NCBI GenBank assembly: GCA_021648085.1
Contig: JAKITS010000001.1
Location: 452,948 to 516,947, forward strand
DNA: 64,000 nucleotides
Direction: 5' to 3'
Source: Candidatus Magasanikiibacteriota bacterium
GTDB lineage: Bacteria; Patescibacteriota; Patescibacteriia; Magasanikbacterales; UBA922
This document shows positions 17,986-27,570 of this stretch, piece after piece. Each line of letters starts with the position of its first letter. The stretch's first letter is position 1. The notes under the pieces were generated by a model. That model did not search any database. It saw only the letters and a program-made list of their open reading frames with translations, and had not been told where the DNA came from. Both the position numbers and the translations under genes were made by a program.

Positions 17986-18341
17986 AATAAACCAATAGAG
18001 CTAATAAAAACTACAAGTAGTACAGATGGGAAACTAATCCAAAACAAAACAAAAACCCCAACAATCCAAATCCAACCGATGACCAAAAATCCACGAACAA
18101 CCCCATTTACAAGTCGCATAAAAAAACTCATAATTCTACCCTGCAAATCATACTGCCCAAACATTGGCACAAAGAGATTTTTAAACCACAAAAGTGGAGC
18201 TAAGCGTAAATTTGCCTGCCCAACCAAATTATAAGAAAAAATCAAAATCTGCTGTAAACCTTTTGTAAACCACCAAACTGGAAAATACAAAAAATCTAGC
18301 AGAAAATCTATAATTAATTTTTGTATAATTGCTATCCACAT
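17982..18341 (-). CDS. small integral membrane protein (119 aa), start overlaps clp gene (ATGA)
   Basis: Hydrophobic ORF. 4-nt overlap with the downstream clp start suggests co-transcription. Confidence 0.5.
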   Translation of the reverse strand: MWIAIIQKLIIDFLLDFLYFPVWWFTKGLQQILIFSYNLVGQANLRLAPLLWFKNLFVPMFGQYDLQGRIMSFFMRLVNGVVRGFLVIGWIWIVGVFVLFWISFPSVLLVVFISSIGLL

Positions 18342-18443
18342 ACATATATAATACCATATTTTTAGAGGTGGAACTAACTTGACCTTTTTATAAAAAATAA
18401 TGTACTATATTTCTATACGATCATTACAATAAGAGGGGTAAAA

Positions 18444-19211
18444 ATGAACAGAGAGGAGAGTGTCTATTCTTGGGAAAATGATTATAATATTTCTTCACAA
18501 AATTTAATAGCACAAAATAAAAGTGGTAAAATTATATCTTTATTAGTAGTGTGCAATAACGAATATGGTAAATATTTTTTAATTAGATTTGTACAACCAA
18601 ATATAGACAAAGAAGTATGGAAAAAAATACAAACAGGTATGCAAAAATATTGTGTAGAGAGTAATGAGGAAATTTCTTTTATTTTTAGTACTTACGAAAA
18701 TGGTAAACAAAAATCTTTGGAGTTGGCAAACAAAATTCTACAAAGTGCTGGTTTTGTTTTAGAAGAAAAATTAAAAGTTCAAAAAGAGTTTAAAACACTT
18801 TATAATACATGTTCAAATATAAGTCCTGAAACATTTGAAAATTTTTTAAAAAAAATTTATTTTTGGAAAATACTTACACCAACAATATATACGGCTTGCC
18901 AAAAAAATGGGGCTCAACTATTGTTTATATGTCAAAACAATAGCGGATACTGGCGAGTATCCCTAAATATAAAATATTTAGAGATACTTTTGCAAAAAAA
19001 TTATACAGAATTATTAGAACTAATTTCAAACTTATTTGAAAATTCTCCGATATCAACCCTATTTCCAGTTTTTCAAATACAAATGAATTATTTATACAAG
19101 GAGTGGAATATCGGCCCTTTTGAAGATCCTGAAAAAGGCTTAAAACAAATTCAAAATGTTTTTGACAAAGTTCTACATAAACTAGGTTTTATTCTTTATC
19201 CTCATAAATAA
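18444..19211 (+). CDS. hypothetical protein (255 aa)
   Basis: ORF with RBS agagggg upstream. No recognisable motifs. Confidence 0.5.
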   Translation: MNREESVYSWENDYNISSQNLIAQNKSGKIISLLVVCNNEYGKYFLIRFVQPNIDKEVWKKIQTGMQKYCVESNEEISFIFSTYENGKQKSLELANKILQSAGFVLEEKLKVQKEFKTLYNTCSNISPETFENFLKKIYFWKILTPTIYTACQKNGAQLLFICQNNSGYWRVSLNIKYLEILLQKNYTELLELISNLFENSPISTLFPVFQIQMNYLYKEWNIGPFEDPEKGLKQIQNVFDKVLHKLGFILYPHK

Positions 19212-19217
19212 AAATAA

Positions 19218-19246
19218 ACCACACTTTTCAAAAGTGTGGTTTTTTA
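19218..19246. terminator. bidirectional terminator (aaccacacttttcaaaagtgtggtttttt)
   Basis: Perfect 9-bp stem ccacacttt/aaagtgtgg between the convergent gene ends. Confidence 0.55.
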
Positions 19247-19264
19247 AATTATATTTTTATTTTT

Positions 19265-19630
19265 CTACCTTCTAGCAAAAACTCCAGCAGTCACATCCAC
19301 ATAATCAATTTTGGAAATAGGAATCATCTCCAATTCTTGTAAACGATCTTGGATACTATGCATAGAACGATATTGTGAAATCTCAAAACTTAATTTATCA
19401 TTTTCACGCTCTAGTGATACTAGTTGTTTTTCCAAATCAGCAATTTGATAACCTTTTGTAGCCACAGAATTAACACTTCCCAAATACATAATCCCAAAAA
19501 AAGCAATCAAACAGAAAAGGAGTGCGCGAGTAGTTTTTGTCATAAACCACTTTCGAGCTTTCAATTTCTCGTCTCGCATTGCATGATTTTTATTGTGATT
19601 GTTTACACGCATATTATATTTTTTCTGCAA
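19265..19630 (-). CDS. ftsL: FtsL-like cell division protein (single TM + coiled coil)
   Basis: Position immediately downstream of rsmH (17-nt overlap). One TM helix (ALLFCLIAFFGIMYLG) followed by a coiled-coil segment (LEKQLVSLERENDKLSFEISQY). Confidence 0.6.
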   Translation of the reverse strand: MQKKYNMRVNNHNKNHAMRDEKLKARKWFMTKTTRALLFCLIAFFGIMYLGSVNSVATKGYQIADLEKQLVSLERENDKLSFEISQYRSMHSIQDRLQELEMIPISKIDYVDVTAGVFARR

Positions 19631-20507
19631 CTCTTAATTTTGCACTTCTAGCTCGCCTATTTTCATTTAATTCTTCTTGTCCTGGCGAAACTGGCTTTTT
19701 TGTAATAATTTTCAACTTATTTTGCTGTGATTTGAAAAAATGTTTTACAACCCTATCTTCCAAAGAATGAAAACTTATAACAGCCAGTCTTCCGCCTGTT
19801 TTCAAATTTTCTACAGCTTGAGGAAGTACATCTTTCAAAATACGGATCTCATCGTTTACAGCAATTCGCAGTGCTTGTAAAATTCTAGTTGCCGGATGTA
19901 TTTTTTCTCTTGAACCCTTCTTTTTGTAAATATCCATTGCAATTTCTACCAACTGACCTGTTTTAGAAAATTTTTCTTTTCTTCTTTTTTCAATTACAAC
20001 TTTTGCAATATCTTTGGCAAATCTCTCTTCACCATATTCACGAAAGATTTTCTCCAATTCTTCAAAACTCGCATTGTTTAATATATCTGCTGCTGTTTCA
20101 GAATTTTCATGATCTTGGGCATTTCCACCAAACCTCATATCTAACAGTTCATCTTTTTGAAAAGAAAATCCACGACCACGCTCTTCAAACTGTGGACTAG
20201 ACCAGCCTAAATCAAACAAGATTGCATCCACTTCTTTAAAAACCTCTTTTTCCAAAATCTTGCTAAAGTTAGAAAAATTATCTCTGACCAATACAACATT
20301 TTCTTCTGAAGATTCTAAAAATTTTTTTGCACGCAAAATTGCCTCGGGATCCATATCTATCCCAAGCAATTTTCCATTTGGTAAAATCTTTTCTAAAATG
20401 AGCTCCGAATGCCCTGCATCGCCAAGCGTCCCATCCACGACCTTCATTCCAGACTTCAAATTTAACAACTCTACCACCTCATTCACTAATACTGGTTTAT
20501 GTCTCAT
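19614..20507 (-). CDS. rsmH: 16S rRNA (cytosine1402-N4)-methyltransferase RsmH
   Basis: MRHKPVLVNEVVELL…VDGTLGDAGHS… matches the conserved RsmH/MraW N-terminus and SAM-binding region. Confidence 0.9.
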   Translation of the reverse strand: MRHKPVLVNEVVELLNLKSGMKVVDGTLGDAGHSELILEKILPNGKLLGIDMDPEAILRAKKFLESSEENVVLVRDNFSNFSKILEKEVFKEVDAILFDLGWSSPQFEERGRGFSFQKDELLDMRFGGNAQDHENSETAADILNNASFEELEKIFREYGEERFAKDIAKVVIEKRRKEKFSKTGQLVEIAMDIYKKKGSREKIHPATRILQALRIAVNDEIRILKDVLPQAVENLKTGGRLAVISFHSLEDRVVKHFFKSQQNKLKIITKKPVSPGQEELNENRRARSAKLRVAEKI

Positions 20508-20518
20508 ACTTCCTTATT

Positions 20519-20950
20519 TTATACCCCCAAATCCGCCATCTGCTCTGCTATTTCACTACTTTCTTGTTCTGCTTTTGTAGTATATTCCACCCACTTTTCC
20601 TGATCCCAAATCTCCAATCTATTGTACAAACCTGCCACAATAGTTGTTTTTTTGAGCCCAGCAAAACTGCGCAAATATTCTGGCAAAACTATTCTTCCCT
20701 GCTTGTCTATATCCACATCCATTGCTCCAGCCAACATAAGTCTAGAAAACGCACGACTCTTGGCCTGACTAAAAGGCAAAGAAGCAAGTTTTTCCGCTAG
20801 CTTTTCCCATTCTTTTTTTGTATAAAGAAATAAACAATTGTCCAATCCACGAGTAATTACTGCACCACCTTTTAGATCTTCTCTAAATTTCTTTGGCACA
20901 GCCATTCTCCCCTTCTCGTCTAAATTGTGCTTGTATTCTCCAATAAACAT
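20519..20950 (-). CDS. mraZ: transcriptional regulator MraZ
   Basis: MFIGEYKHNLDEKGRMAVPKKFRE…; duplicated MraZ domain (DKQGRIVLPEYLR). Confidence 0.9.
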   Translation of the reverse strand: MFIGEYKHNLDEKGRMAVPKKFREDLKGGAVITRGLDNCLFLYTKKEWEKLAEKLASLPFSQAKSRAFSRLMLAGAMDVDIDKQGRIVLPEYLRSFAGLKKTTIVAGLYNRLEIWDQEKWVEYTTKAEQESSEIAEQMADLGV

Positions 20951-20984
20951 AATTTTTTTAATGAGGCAAACCTCTTTGTGGTGT

Positions 20985-21223
20985 CAATCCTAATTTGAGT
21001 GATATAACCTATTGGTTAGTATTTTTTCAAACTAGTGAAAGAGCAAACGCTCAAATTAGGATTGGGGGCTATCACCAAATATTATTTTGTTGGCTAAATC
21101 TTCAAATTTTGAGCGGGACGAAAAGAAAAAATCTTTGCCCTGCCATAGCATCGGAAATATTTTTTCTTAAAGTCGCAGTCAAAATTTGAAGATTTAGGTA
21201 GAAATAGTGTTTGGTGATAGCCC
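20985..21223. other. two adjacent long imperfect palindromes (hairpin 1: 20985-21064 with 16/17-bp stem; hairpin 2: 21066-21223, ~70-bp imperfect arms incl. perfect 13-bp ggctatcaccaaa/tttggtgatagcc) - candidate structured RNA / regulatory element in mraZ leader
   Basis: Seen directly. caatcctaatttgagtg…cgctcaaattaggattg; ggctatcaccaaat…ggctaaatcttcaaattttgagcgg… mirrored by …cgcagtcaaaatttgaagatttaggtag…atttggtgatagcc. The two track ORFs here (20995-21189 + and 21102-21299 -) give mirror-image peptides, as expected for a palindrome. Confidence 0.6.
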
Positions 21224-21350
21224 TATAGTAGGAAGACAAGCATTTTCCCCACTTCTCACCACTTATATCCATTATATACCACTTCCGCACATTTCTCAAC
21301 CATACTTATCCACAGGGTAGAAAATCATGATGCACGATACAGATAACATG

Positions 21351-21557
21351 AGGCAAAAAACACACATCATCCTGAGCGAAATGGAGCAAAGCGGAATGCA
21401 GTCGAATGCCTGCCGGCAGGCAGGGATCTTGAAATAGTTTCACTAAATTAAGAATTAACAAAGAATAAAAAAGACGGGCTAAAGTTTTATTTTAATTATT
21501 TATACTTTGATTATGTTGTACGGGGATCCGTTCGACTCCACTTCGTTTCGCTCAGGA
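21351..21557. repeat. MITE-like element: 21-bp terminal inverted repeats cacacRtcatcctgagcgaaa flanking AT-rich core
   Basis: Left end cacacatcatcctgagcgaaa (21351-21371); right end tttcgctcaggatgacgtgtg (21537-21557). Also contains the perfect 14-bp palindrome gcctgccggcaggc. Confidence 0.6.
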
Positions 21558-21565
21558 TGACGTGT

Positions 21566-21652
21566 GTTAATTTATCATTCTCAGCTTGACTTAGGAATCC
21601 AGAATCTCCAAATAAGAACATTGATTCAAACCTTAAAACCACAATCAAGTTG
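21566..21652. repeat. MITE-like element (~87 bp) with TIRs tcattcYcaRcttgaYt, related to elements at 27399-27424 and 29639-29729
   Basis: atcattctcagcttgacttaggaatcc … caatcaagttgggaatgac (rc gtcattcccaacttgattg). Confidence 0.55.
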
Positions 21653-21682
21653 GGAATGACAAAAAAGGAACACAGGACATTC

Positions 21683-21716
21683 TACAAAAAATAAAAAAAA
21701 CCGTTAGTTTTACCTA
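21683..21716. terminator. bidirectional terminator (A8-ccgttag-ttttac-ctaacgg-ctttt), probably the uvrC terminator
   Basis: Perfect 7-bp stem with an 8-A run on the plus strand (U-run on the minus strand). Confidence 0.5.
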
Positions 21717-21951
21717 ACGGCTTTTAAAAAACCGATGTCTTTTTTCAAAAAAAGTATATGGAATTTTGCTCAATAAAAAAAATAGAAATAAACCAGGTAA
21801 AAATCCTACGACAAATAGAACACTCCCCCTTCACCCCTAAAGCCTTAAATTTTGTAGCCATTACTTCCTCCTTTAGGAAAAGTATTGAAAAATGAACTAA
21901 AAACTACTAACTCAGAATTATATCCTATTTTACTCCTTTTGTCAGCCTTTT

Positions 21952-23211
21952 TTACCTTATTTTCCTCAACTTCCTCTGATAATTTATTGCAAACCTGTGC
22001 GCCTCATCGCGCACTTTTATGAAAGTTTCTTTGTTTTCTTCTACCAACTTATAATTTATCTGATCAAAAATAAATTCATTCTTTTTTCGTTTGGCGCCTT
22101 TTGCGATTCCAACCACAGGAATTTCTACACTAAATTCCTTCAAAATCTTTTTTACTCTGTTTACTTGCGGTTTTCCACCGTCTATTAGAAATACATTCGG
22201 CAAAAGCCACTTGTCATTACTCTGCTCATCTATGTCCACTGCCCCAGAATGGCGAAGCCTTCTTCTTATTACTTCTTCCAAACAAGCTGTATCGTTTTGT
22301 CCTTTTACAGTTCTTATTTTAAATTTTCTATATTTACTTTTGTTTGCTTCACCGTTTTCAAACACAACCATAGAGCCAACTTTGCCAGTTTCACCCAGAT
22401 TAGAAATATCATAACCTTCTATTCTTTTTAATTTTTTCTCATCTTCAATGTTTGCCACAAAACTTTTGTTTATAAGTGCAATATCACGAATTTCTTGAAG
22501 AGAAAAAATCTGATTGCGAAGTCTGCGCGCCTCCTCGAACTCTTCTTTTTTTGCACTCTCTTTCATCCTTATTTTTAGCTGTTTTATCAAAATCTTCTTT
22601 TTTCCATTCAAAAATAATCCAAGCGGATTTACAATTTTTCTTTTATAATCTTTTGCAGAAATTTCACCTACACAAACACCTTCGCACTGATGCATTTGAT
22701 AATACATACAAGATCGTTTTGCGTTTGGTTTGCACACAGAAAAATGAAAGATCCTACGAAGTACTGCTAAAGTTTCCTTAGATTTTAATCCAGGAAAAGG
22801 CCCAAAAATTTTTAAATATTTCTTTTTTATTTCTTTTTCAGAAAATTGCTTGAAAGTGTGCTGACGCAAAGTCAAAACACGCGAAAATTCATCTTTTGTA
22901 AAAATTATATAATTCCAACTTTTATCGTCCTTCCCTTTTACATTATATTTTGGCTCATACTTTTTTATATAAATTGCCTCCAAAATCACTGCTTCCAGTA
23001 CAGAATCAGTTTGCTTGTATTTTATATTTTTTACCTCGTGAATCAACTCTTCTATTGGTCTAGAAGTTCTTTGCCCAGCAAAATAACTACGCACACGACT
23101 TTTGAGCGAAGTCGCCTTTCCTACATATATAAGCTGTTTTTTTACACAATAAAAAAGATAAATTCCTGGTTTATCTGGTAAATTTTGGATTTTTTTCTTT
23201 ATATTCTGCAT
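21952..23211 (-). CDS. uvrC: excinuclease ABC subunit C (short form, 419 aa, lacks C-terminal (HhH)2 domain)
   Basis: GIY-YIG motif GIYLFYCVKKQLIYVGKATSLKSRVRSYF. UVR motif EEFEEARRLRNQIFSLQEI. RNase H-like endonuclease region IEGYDISNLGETGKVGSMVVFENG. The protein ends ~180 aa earlier than canonical UvrC. Confidence 0.9.
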   Translation of the reverse strand: MQNIKKKIQNLPDKPGIYLFYCVKKQLIYVGKATSLKSRVRSYFAGQRTSRPIEELIHEVKNIKYKQTDSVLEAVILEAIYIKKYEPKYNVKGKDDKSWNYIIFTKDEFSRVLTLRQHTFKQFSEKEIKKKYLKIFGPFPGLKSKETLAVLRRIFHFSVCKPNAKRSCMYYQMHQCEGVCVGEISAKDYKRKIVNPLGLFLNGKKKILIKQLKIRMKESAKKEEFEEARRLRNQIFSLQEIRDIALINKSFVANIEDEKKLKRIEGYDISNLGETGKVGSMVVFENGEANKSKYRKFKIRTVKGQNDTACLEEVIRRRLRHSGAVDIDEQSNDKWLLPNVFLIDGGKPQVNRVKKILKEFSVEIPVVGIAKGAKRKKNEFIFDQINYKLVEENKETFIKVRDEAHRFAINYQRKLRKIR

Positions 23212-23248
23212 AACTTAAGACCTCTTCACTTGATTTTTCTATTATAAT

Positions 23249-23926
23249 ATGTTATTATCTTTTATTCAGTTCATTTCAACTCACCGATTAGGAGACATAA
23301 TGGAAAAACGACTTACAGACAGATTAAAAAATACAAATCCTTTTTTTGTTTACACGGCACTATTCATATTATATGAAGTATTATATGTAATTACAAACAG
23401 AATTCCAACTTTTTATGGGCCATTTGAATTGCCAAAAATATTTTACGAAGACCAAATCCCACTTATTCCAGAAACATCTTTGGTTTACATTTCTATCTTT
23501 GGTTTTATGGCTATTACAATTTGGATGTTGCCGAGAAAATACAAAAACCCAACAGCTATAATATTTATGTATTTACTGTTTATTCACACCTTCATATTCT
23601 TATTTTTTCCAACTATTTATCCGCGCGAAGAGATTACTAATAAATATGGAATATTCGATTGGCTTATGCACGATATAATTCAAGAGTTGGATACTCCACG
23701 AAACTGTTTCCCCTCTCTCCATGTTTCACTTCCGTTTACAATGGCTTTTGTCTGGTTAAAATTAAGTAAAAAAATTGGAATTGTTATACTTTTTATTGCG
23801 ACTTTAATTGCACTTTCAACACTCACTACAAAACAGCATTATTTGCTAGATGTGTTTAGTGCAATAGCAGTTTCATTTATTTTAGTACAGCTAAAGTTCA
23901 AAAATCCTCAAACCTCTTTCTATTGA
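23249..23926 (+). CDS. PAP2-superfamily membrane phosphatase-like protein
   Basis: 6 TM helices. PAP2-like motifs …CFPSLHVSL… and …TTKQHYLLDVFSAI (SRxxxxxHxxxD-like). Confidence 0.55.
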   Translation: MLLSFIQFISTHRLGDIMEKRLTDRLKNTNPFFVYTALFILYEVLYVITNRIPTFYGPFELPKIFYEDQIPLIPETSLVYISIFGFMAITIWMLPRKYKNPTAIIFMYLLFIHTFIFLFFPTIYPREEITNKYGIFDWLMHDIIQELDTPRNCFPSLHVSLPFTMAFVWLKLSKKIGIVILFIATLIALSTLTTKQHYLLDVFSAIAVSFILVQLKFKNPQTSFY

Positions 23927-23937
23927 AAGAGGTTTTT

Positions 23938-26517
23938 TTATTTTAAACTTCTTTTCAAATATTTTCCAGTGTGACTAAAACCATTCATCGCCACATCTTC
24001 TGGAGTGCCATATACTACAACTTCTCCACCTTTGTCTCCGCCATCTGGACCCAGATCAATTATCCAATCTGCACATTTTATCAAGTCCAAATTATGCTCT
24101 ATTATCATTACAGTATTTCCTTGAGACACAAGTCTTTGAAGTACAACTATCAATTTTTTTATATCATCATAATGAAGCCCCGTTGTAGGCTCATCTAATA
24201 AATACAAAGTTTTTGTGGTATTTCTTTTTGCCAATTCTTTACTCAATTTTATTCTCTGAGCCTCTCCACCAGAAAGCGTGGTTGCAGATTGCCCCAAAGT
24301 CAAGTAGTCCAAACCAACCTCATTTAAAACTTTTAGTTTGTCATAAATTTGTGGAATATCTTTAAAAAATTCTTCAGCTTCTGCAATTGTCATATTCAAA
24401 ATATCAGAAATATTTTTTCCTTTAAAATAAATTTTTAAAGTTTCATTGTCAAATCTGTGCCCACGACAAACATCACAATCCACCTGAACGCTTGGCAAAA
24501 AATGCATTTCAATAGTCAAAATACCCTTTCCTTCGCAATTTTCACATCTTCCGCCAACAGTATTAAAACTAAACCTTCCTTTTTTATAACCACGCATTCT
24601 AGCCTCTGGCGTAGATGCAAATAAATCACGAACATGGTCGAAAACTTTTGTATAAGTTGCAGGATTACTTCGAGGAGTTCTTCCAATTGCACGCTGATCT
24701 ATTTTAATTATCTTATCTATATATTCTGTATTCAAAACTTGCTTATATTTACCTGTTTTTTTCTTCACATGATTCAGCCTGTTTGCAACAGTTCTGTACA
24801 AAATATCATTCATCAAAGTAGATTTTCCAGATCCAGAAACACCAGTCAAACACACAAATCTGCGAAGTGGAATTTCTACATTTATATCTTTCAGGTTGTG
24901 CTCTTCTGCTCCTTTTATTTTAATTTTTGGAGTTGTTCTATCTACTTTTCTTCTTTTTTCTGGGACTTCTATTTTCAACTCCCCTCTTAAATATTTTCCG
25001 GTTAAACTATCTACTGTTCCACTCGCCGTACAGCCATAATTATTACTAATTTTGTGATTCTTTTTTGCATCCAGCAAATCATCTGTTCTACCAGAATAAA
25101 TTATATTTCCACCTTTTTTTCCTGCTTCTGGACCAATATCCACAACCCAATCACTCGCCAAAATTGTATCTTCATCATGCTCCACTACAATTACAGTATT
25201 CCCAATATCACAAAGCTGACGAAGTGTTGCAACTAGTTGTTCGTTGTCTTTTTGATGAAGCCCAATTGTAGGCTCATCCAAAACATAAAGTGCACCCACA
25301 AGCTTAGTGCCAACCTGTGATGCAAGGCGAATTCTCTGTGCTTCTCCACCACTCAAAGTCCCAGATCTGCGAGCCAAAGTTAGATAATGCAATCCAACAT
25401 TAAGCATAAAACTAAGTCGATTTTTTATTTCATTTAGTGCAGCAGAAACAATTTCAACCTCTTTCTCATTTAAACCATCCAAATTATTAAAAAAATCTGC
25501 CACATCTGCAATAGTCAAACTCACAAGTTCAAAAATATTTTTTCCACCAACTTTTACATTTAAAGCGTCATTATTCAATCTTCTACCTTCACAAACAGGG
25601 CAAACCTCTTCACTAAACAATTCTTTGGTTCCAAGTCCATGACAATATTTACAATAACCATAAGGACTATTGAAACTAAACATTCTAGGCTCAATTTCTG
25701 GAAAACTATAACTATCTACAGGACAAGAATATTCTGTACTATAAAGCGACTCATCTATATCTGGATAAACTACAATACAAAGTCCATTTGATAAATCAAC
25801 TGCATTTTCCACAGCTTCTGCCAAACGCTCTTTTGTTTCTTTATTTTGTACTTTTTCGTCCCCTGCCAAAGGAATTCTATCTACCACCACTTCTATAGTG
25901 TGTTTTTTCTTTTTTTCCAAAATTATTTGATCACGCAAACTTTTTAACCTTCCATCCACACGAACCTCTAAATATCCAGAGTTATATAAATCATAAAGCA
26001 TTTGATAATACTCCCCTTTTCTACCACGAACAACAGGAGAAAATATTACCAATTCCTGAGCTTTTATTTTTACATTTTTCTTTTTTAAAACCTCTACAAT
26101 TTTATCTACCATCTCGTCCACTGTCATCTTTTCTATTTTTGTATTACATTGCGGGCAGTATGGTTTCCCAATTCTTGCATAAATAACACGCAAATAATCA
26201 TAAATTTCTGTAATTGTAGCAACTGTAGAACGAGGATTTGCACTGTGAGTTTTTTGATCAATTGAGATAGCTGGAGAAAGTCCTTCTATTTCATCTACAT
26301 CTGGCTTTTGCATACTCCCCAAAAACTGCCGAGCATAAGAAGACAAACTTTCTATATATCTTCTCTGACCTTCTGCAAAAATAGTATCAAAAGCCAAAGA
26401 AGACTTCCCCGAACCAGAAAGACCTGTAAACACAATCATTTTGTTGCGCGGCAATTCTAAATTTATGTTTTTTAGATTATGCTCTCGTGCACCTTTTATA
26501 ACTATTTTTTCTTGCAT
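23938..26517 (-). CDS. uvrA: excinuclease ABC subunit A
   Basis: Two ABC ATPase modules ([15 protein letters not shown]…; [15 protein letters not shown]…; LSGGEAQRI x2). Zn-finger Cys clusters (CPQC, CPVCEG, CENCEG). 859 aa. Confidence 0.95.
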   Translation of the reverse strand: MQEKIVIKGAREHNLKNINLELPRNKMIVFTGLSGSGKSSLAFDTIFAEGQRRYIESLSSYARQFLGSMQKPDVDEIEGLSPAISIDQKTHSANPRSTVATITEIYDYLRVIYARIGKPYCPQCNTKIEKMTVDEMVDKIVEVLKKKNVKIKAQELVIFSPVVRGRKGEYYQMLYDLYNSGYLEVRVDGRLKSLRDQIILEKKKKHTIEVVVDRIPLAGDEKVQNKETKERLAEAVENAVDLSNGLCIVVYPDIDESLYSTEYSCPVDSYSFPEIEPRMFSFNSPYGYCKYCHGLGTKELFSEEVCPVCEGRRLNNDALNVKVGGKNIFELVSLTIADVADFFNNLDGLNEKEVEIVSAALNEIKNRLSFMLNVGLHYLTLARRSGTLSGGEAQRIRLASQVGTKLVGALYVLDEPTIGLHQKDNEQLVATLRQLCDIGNTVIVVEHDEDTILASDWVVDIGPEAGKKGGNIIYSGRTDDLLDAKKNHKISNNYGCTASGTVDSLTGKYLRGELKIEVPEKRRKVDRTTPKIKIKGAEEHNLKDINVEIPLRRFVCLTGVSGSGKSTLMNDILYRTVANRLNHVKKKTGKYKQVLNTEYIDKIIKIDQRAIGRTPRSNPATYTKVFDHVRDLFASTPEARMRGYKKGRFSFNTVGGRCENCEGKGILTIEMHFLPSVQVDCDVCRGHRFDNETLKIYFKGKNISDILNMTIAEAEEFFKDIPQIYDKLKVLNEVGLDYLTLGQSATTLSGGEAQRIKLSKELAKRNTTKTLYLLDEPTTGLHYDDIKKLIVVLQRLVSQGNTVMIIEHNLDLIKCADWIIDLGPDGGDKGGEVVVYGTPEDVAMNGFSHTGKYLKRSLK

Positions 26518-26609
26518 AGAAAACTAATTGTATCAGAAAAGTAGTATTTTGTAAATATAATTGAATTAAAATATACTTTATGCTAGATTTTAAATAAGCT
26601 CTTTCACAA

Positions 26610-27041
26610 ATGGAGGTAAAAATGGACACGCAGGTTGAATCAGTGGATTATATTTCTATTTTTCTAATGACTTTGGTAAATTCTTTAATAGAATCTACAT
26701 ATACAATTGCCATATATTTTTTATGTTTTTCTGTGTTTATCTTTTTTGTAGTATTTTTAGTTAGAGAAATACTCAAAAAAAGACTTAGGGAAGAAGTACT
26801 CATAATACTTTATCTAAACAGATGTTTTATAAATTCAGAAAAAAGTTTTCCTTTTACAAGAATAAGAAGTGAAATGAGTTTCAAAAAAGATATTAAACCA
26901 AAACAAATTGCAAAATTACTAGCAAATTTGATATATCGAGAGCTAATTCAAGAGGTAAAAGATAGAAAAAATAGTTTATATTGGAATGAAAAACACTACG
27001 CACTCACCCAAAAAGGTAGAAATTTGTTCATAAGTACTTGA
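26610..27041 (+). CDS. hypothetical small membrane protein with possible C-terminal winged-helix-like segment
   Basis: ORF with two hydrophobic helices, then …KQIAKLLANLIYRELIQEVKD…YALTQKGRNLF. Weak. Confidence 0.4.
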   Translation: MEVKMDTQVESVDYISIFLMTLVNSLIESTYTIAIYFLCFSVFIFFVVFLVREILKKRLREEVLIILYLNRCFINSEKSFPFTRIRSEMSFKKDIKPKQIAKLLANLIYRELIQEVKDRKNSLYWNEKHYALTQKGRNLFIST

Positions 27042-27219
27042 CAAATATTAAAAAATAGAGTAGTAAAGACTCACTACTTAGAATATCAAGATCATTTGAT
27101 AATTTAAGTAGGTACGAATACAAAAAACCTACAACCGACAGTCTTGTCTCTGGAATCTGTCATGGCTCCAAAGACAAAGCCCCGCTACTTTCTAGGTAGT
27201 GGGGTTCTTTTTTATTGTT

Positions 27220-27424
27220 ATCATATTGAGCGGAGTGAAACGGAGTTGAAAACCCAATGCACGTCATATTGAGTGGAGTGAAACGGAGTCGAAATATCTC
27301 GATTTAATTTCATTAGAACTTTGAATATTTTATGTTTTGGTGATGATACTGTCCCGAGATCCTTCGGCTTCGCTCAGGATGACGTGTGGGATTTTTGTCA
27401 TCCCCAACTTGATTGGGGATCCCC
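27220..27424. repeat. cluster of MITE-like repeats: partial copy 27220-27262, full ~130-bp element 27260-27390 (cacgtcatattgagYggagtgaaacggagtcgaaatatctcg … cgagatccttcggcttcgctcaggatgacgtgtg), solo gtcatccccaacttgattggggatcc 27399-27424
   Basis: Same termini (cacgtcat..tgagcg / cgctcaggatgacgtg) as the elements at 21351-21557 and 29740-29873. Confidence 0.6.
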
Positions 27425-27570
27425 GCCTACCGGCGGACAAACAAAATTTATATAATAGTGTAATTATTATAGTTTATATATTTTTATATAAAAATAATTC
27501 TGATTTGTAGACTCTGGATTCCCGATCGGGGTCGGGAATAACAATACATATCCAGTTTTATTTTCATGTC

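Noticed and set aside
20995-21299. ORFs 20995-21189 (+) and 21102-21299 (-) upstream of mraZ
   Set aside because: They overlap each other on opposite strands and translate to near mirror-image peptides, because the DNA is a long palindrome. There is no RBS and they sit inside a hairpin, so the region is treated as structured non-coding DNA.
20951-21951. Possibility that the 1-kb non-coding region encodes RNase P RNA, tmRNA, SRP RNA or 6S RNA
   Set aside because: I looked for conserved strings (RNase P CR-I GGAAAGTCCGG, CR-V GGTGAAA…GGTAA; the tmRNA tag ORF with terminal tRNA-like end; the SRP GGAA/AGCA domain IV motif) and found none. The only tRNA-like strings are the MITE ends. Cannot be excluded without covariance-model searches.
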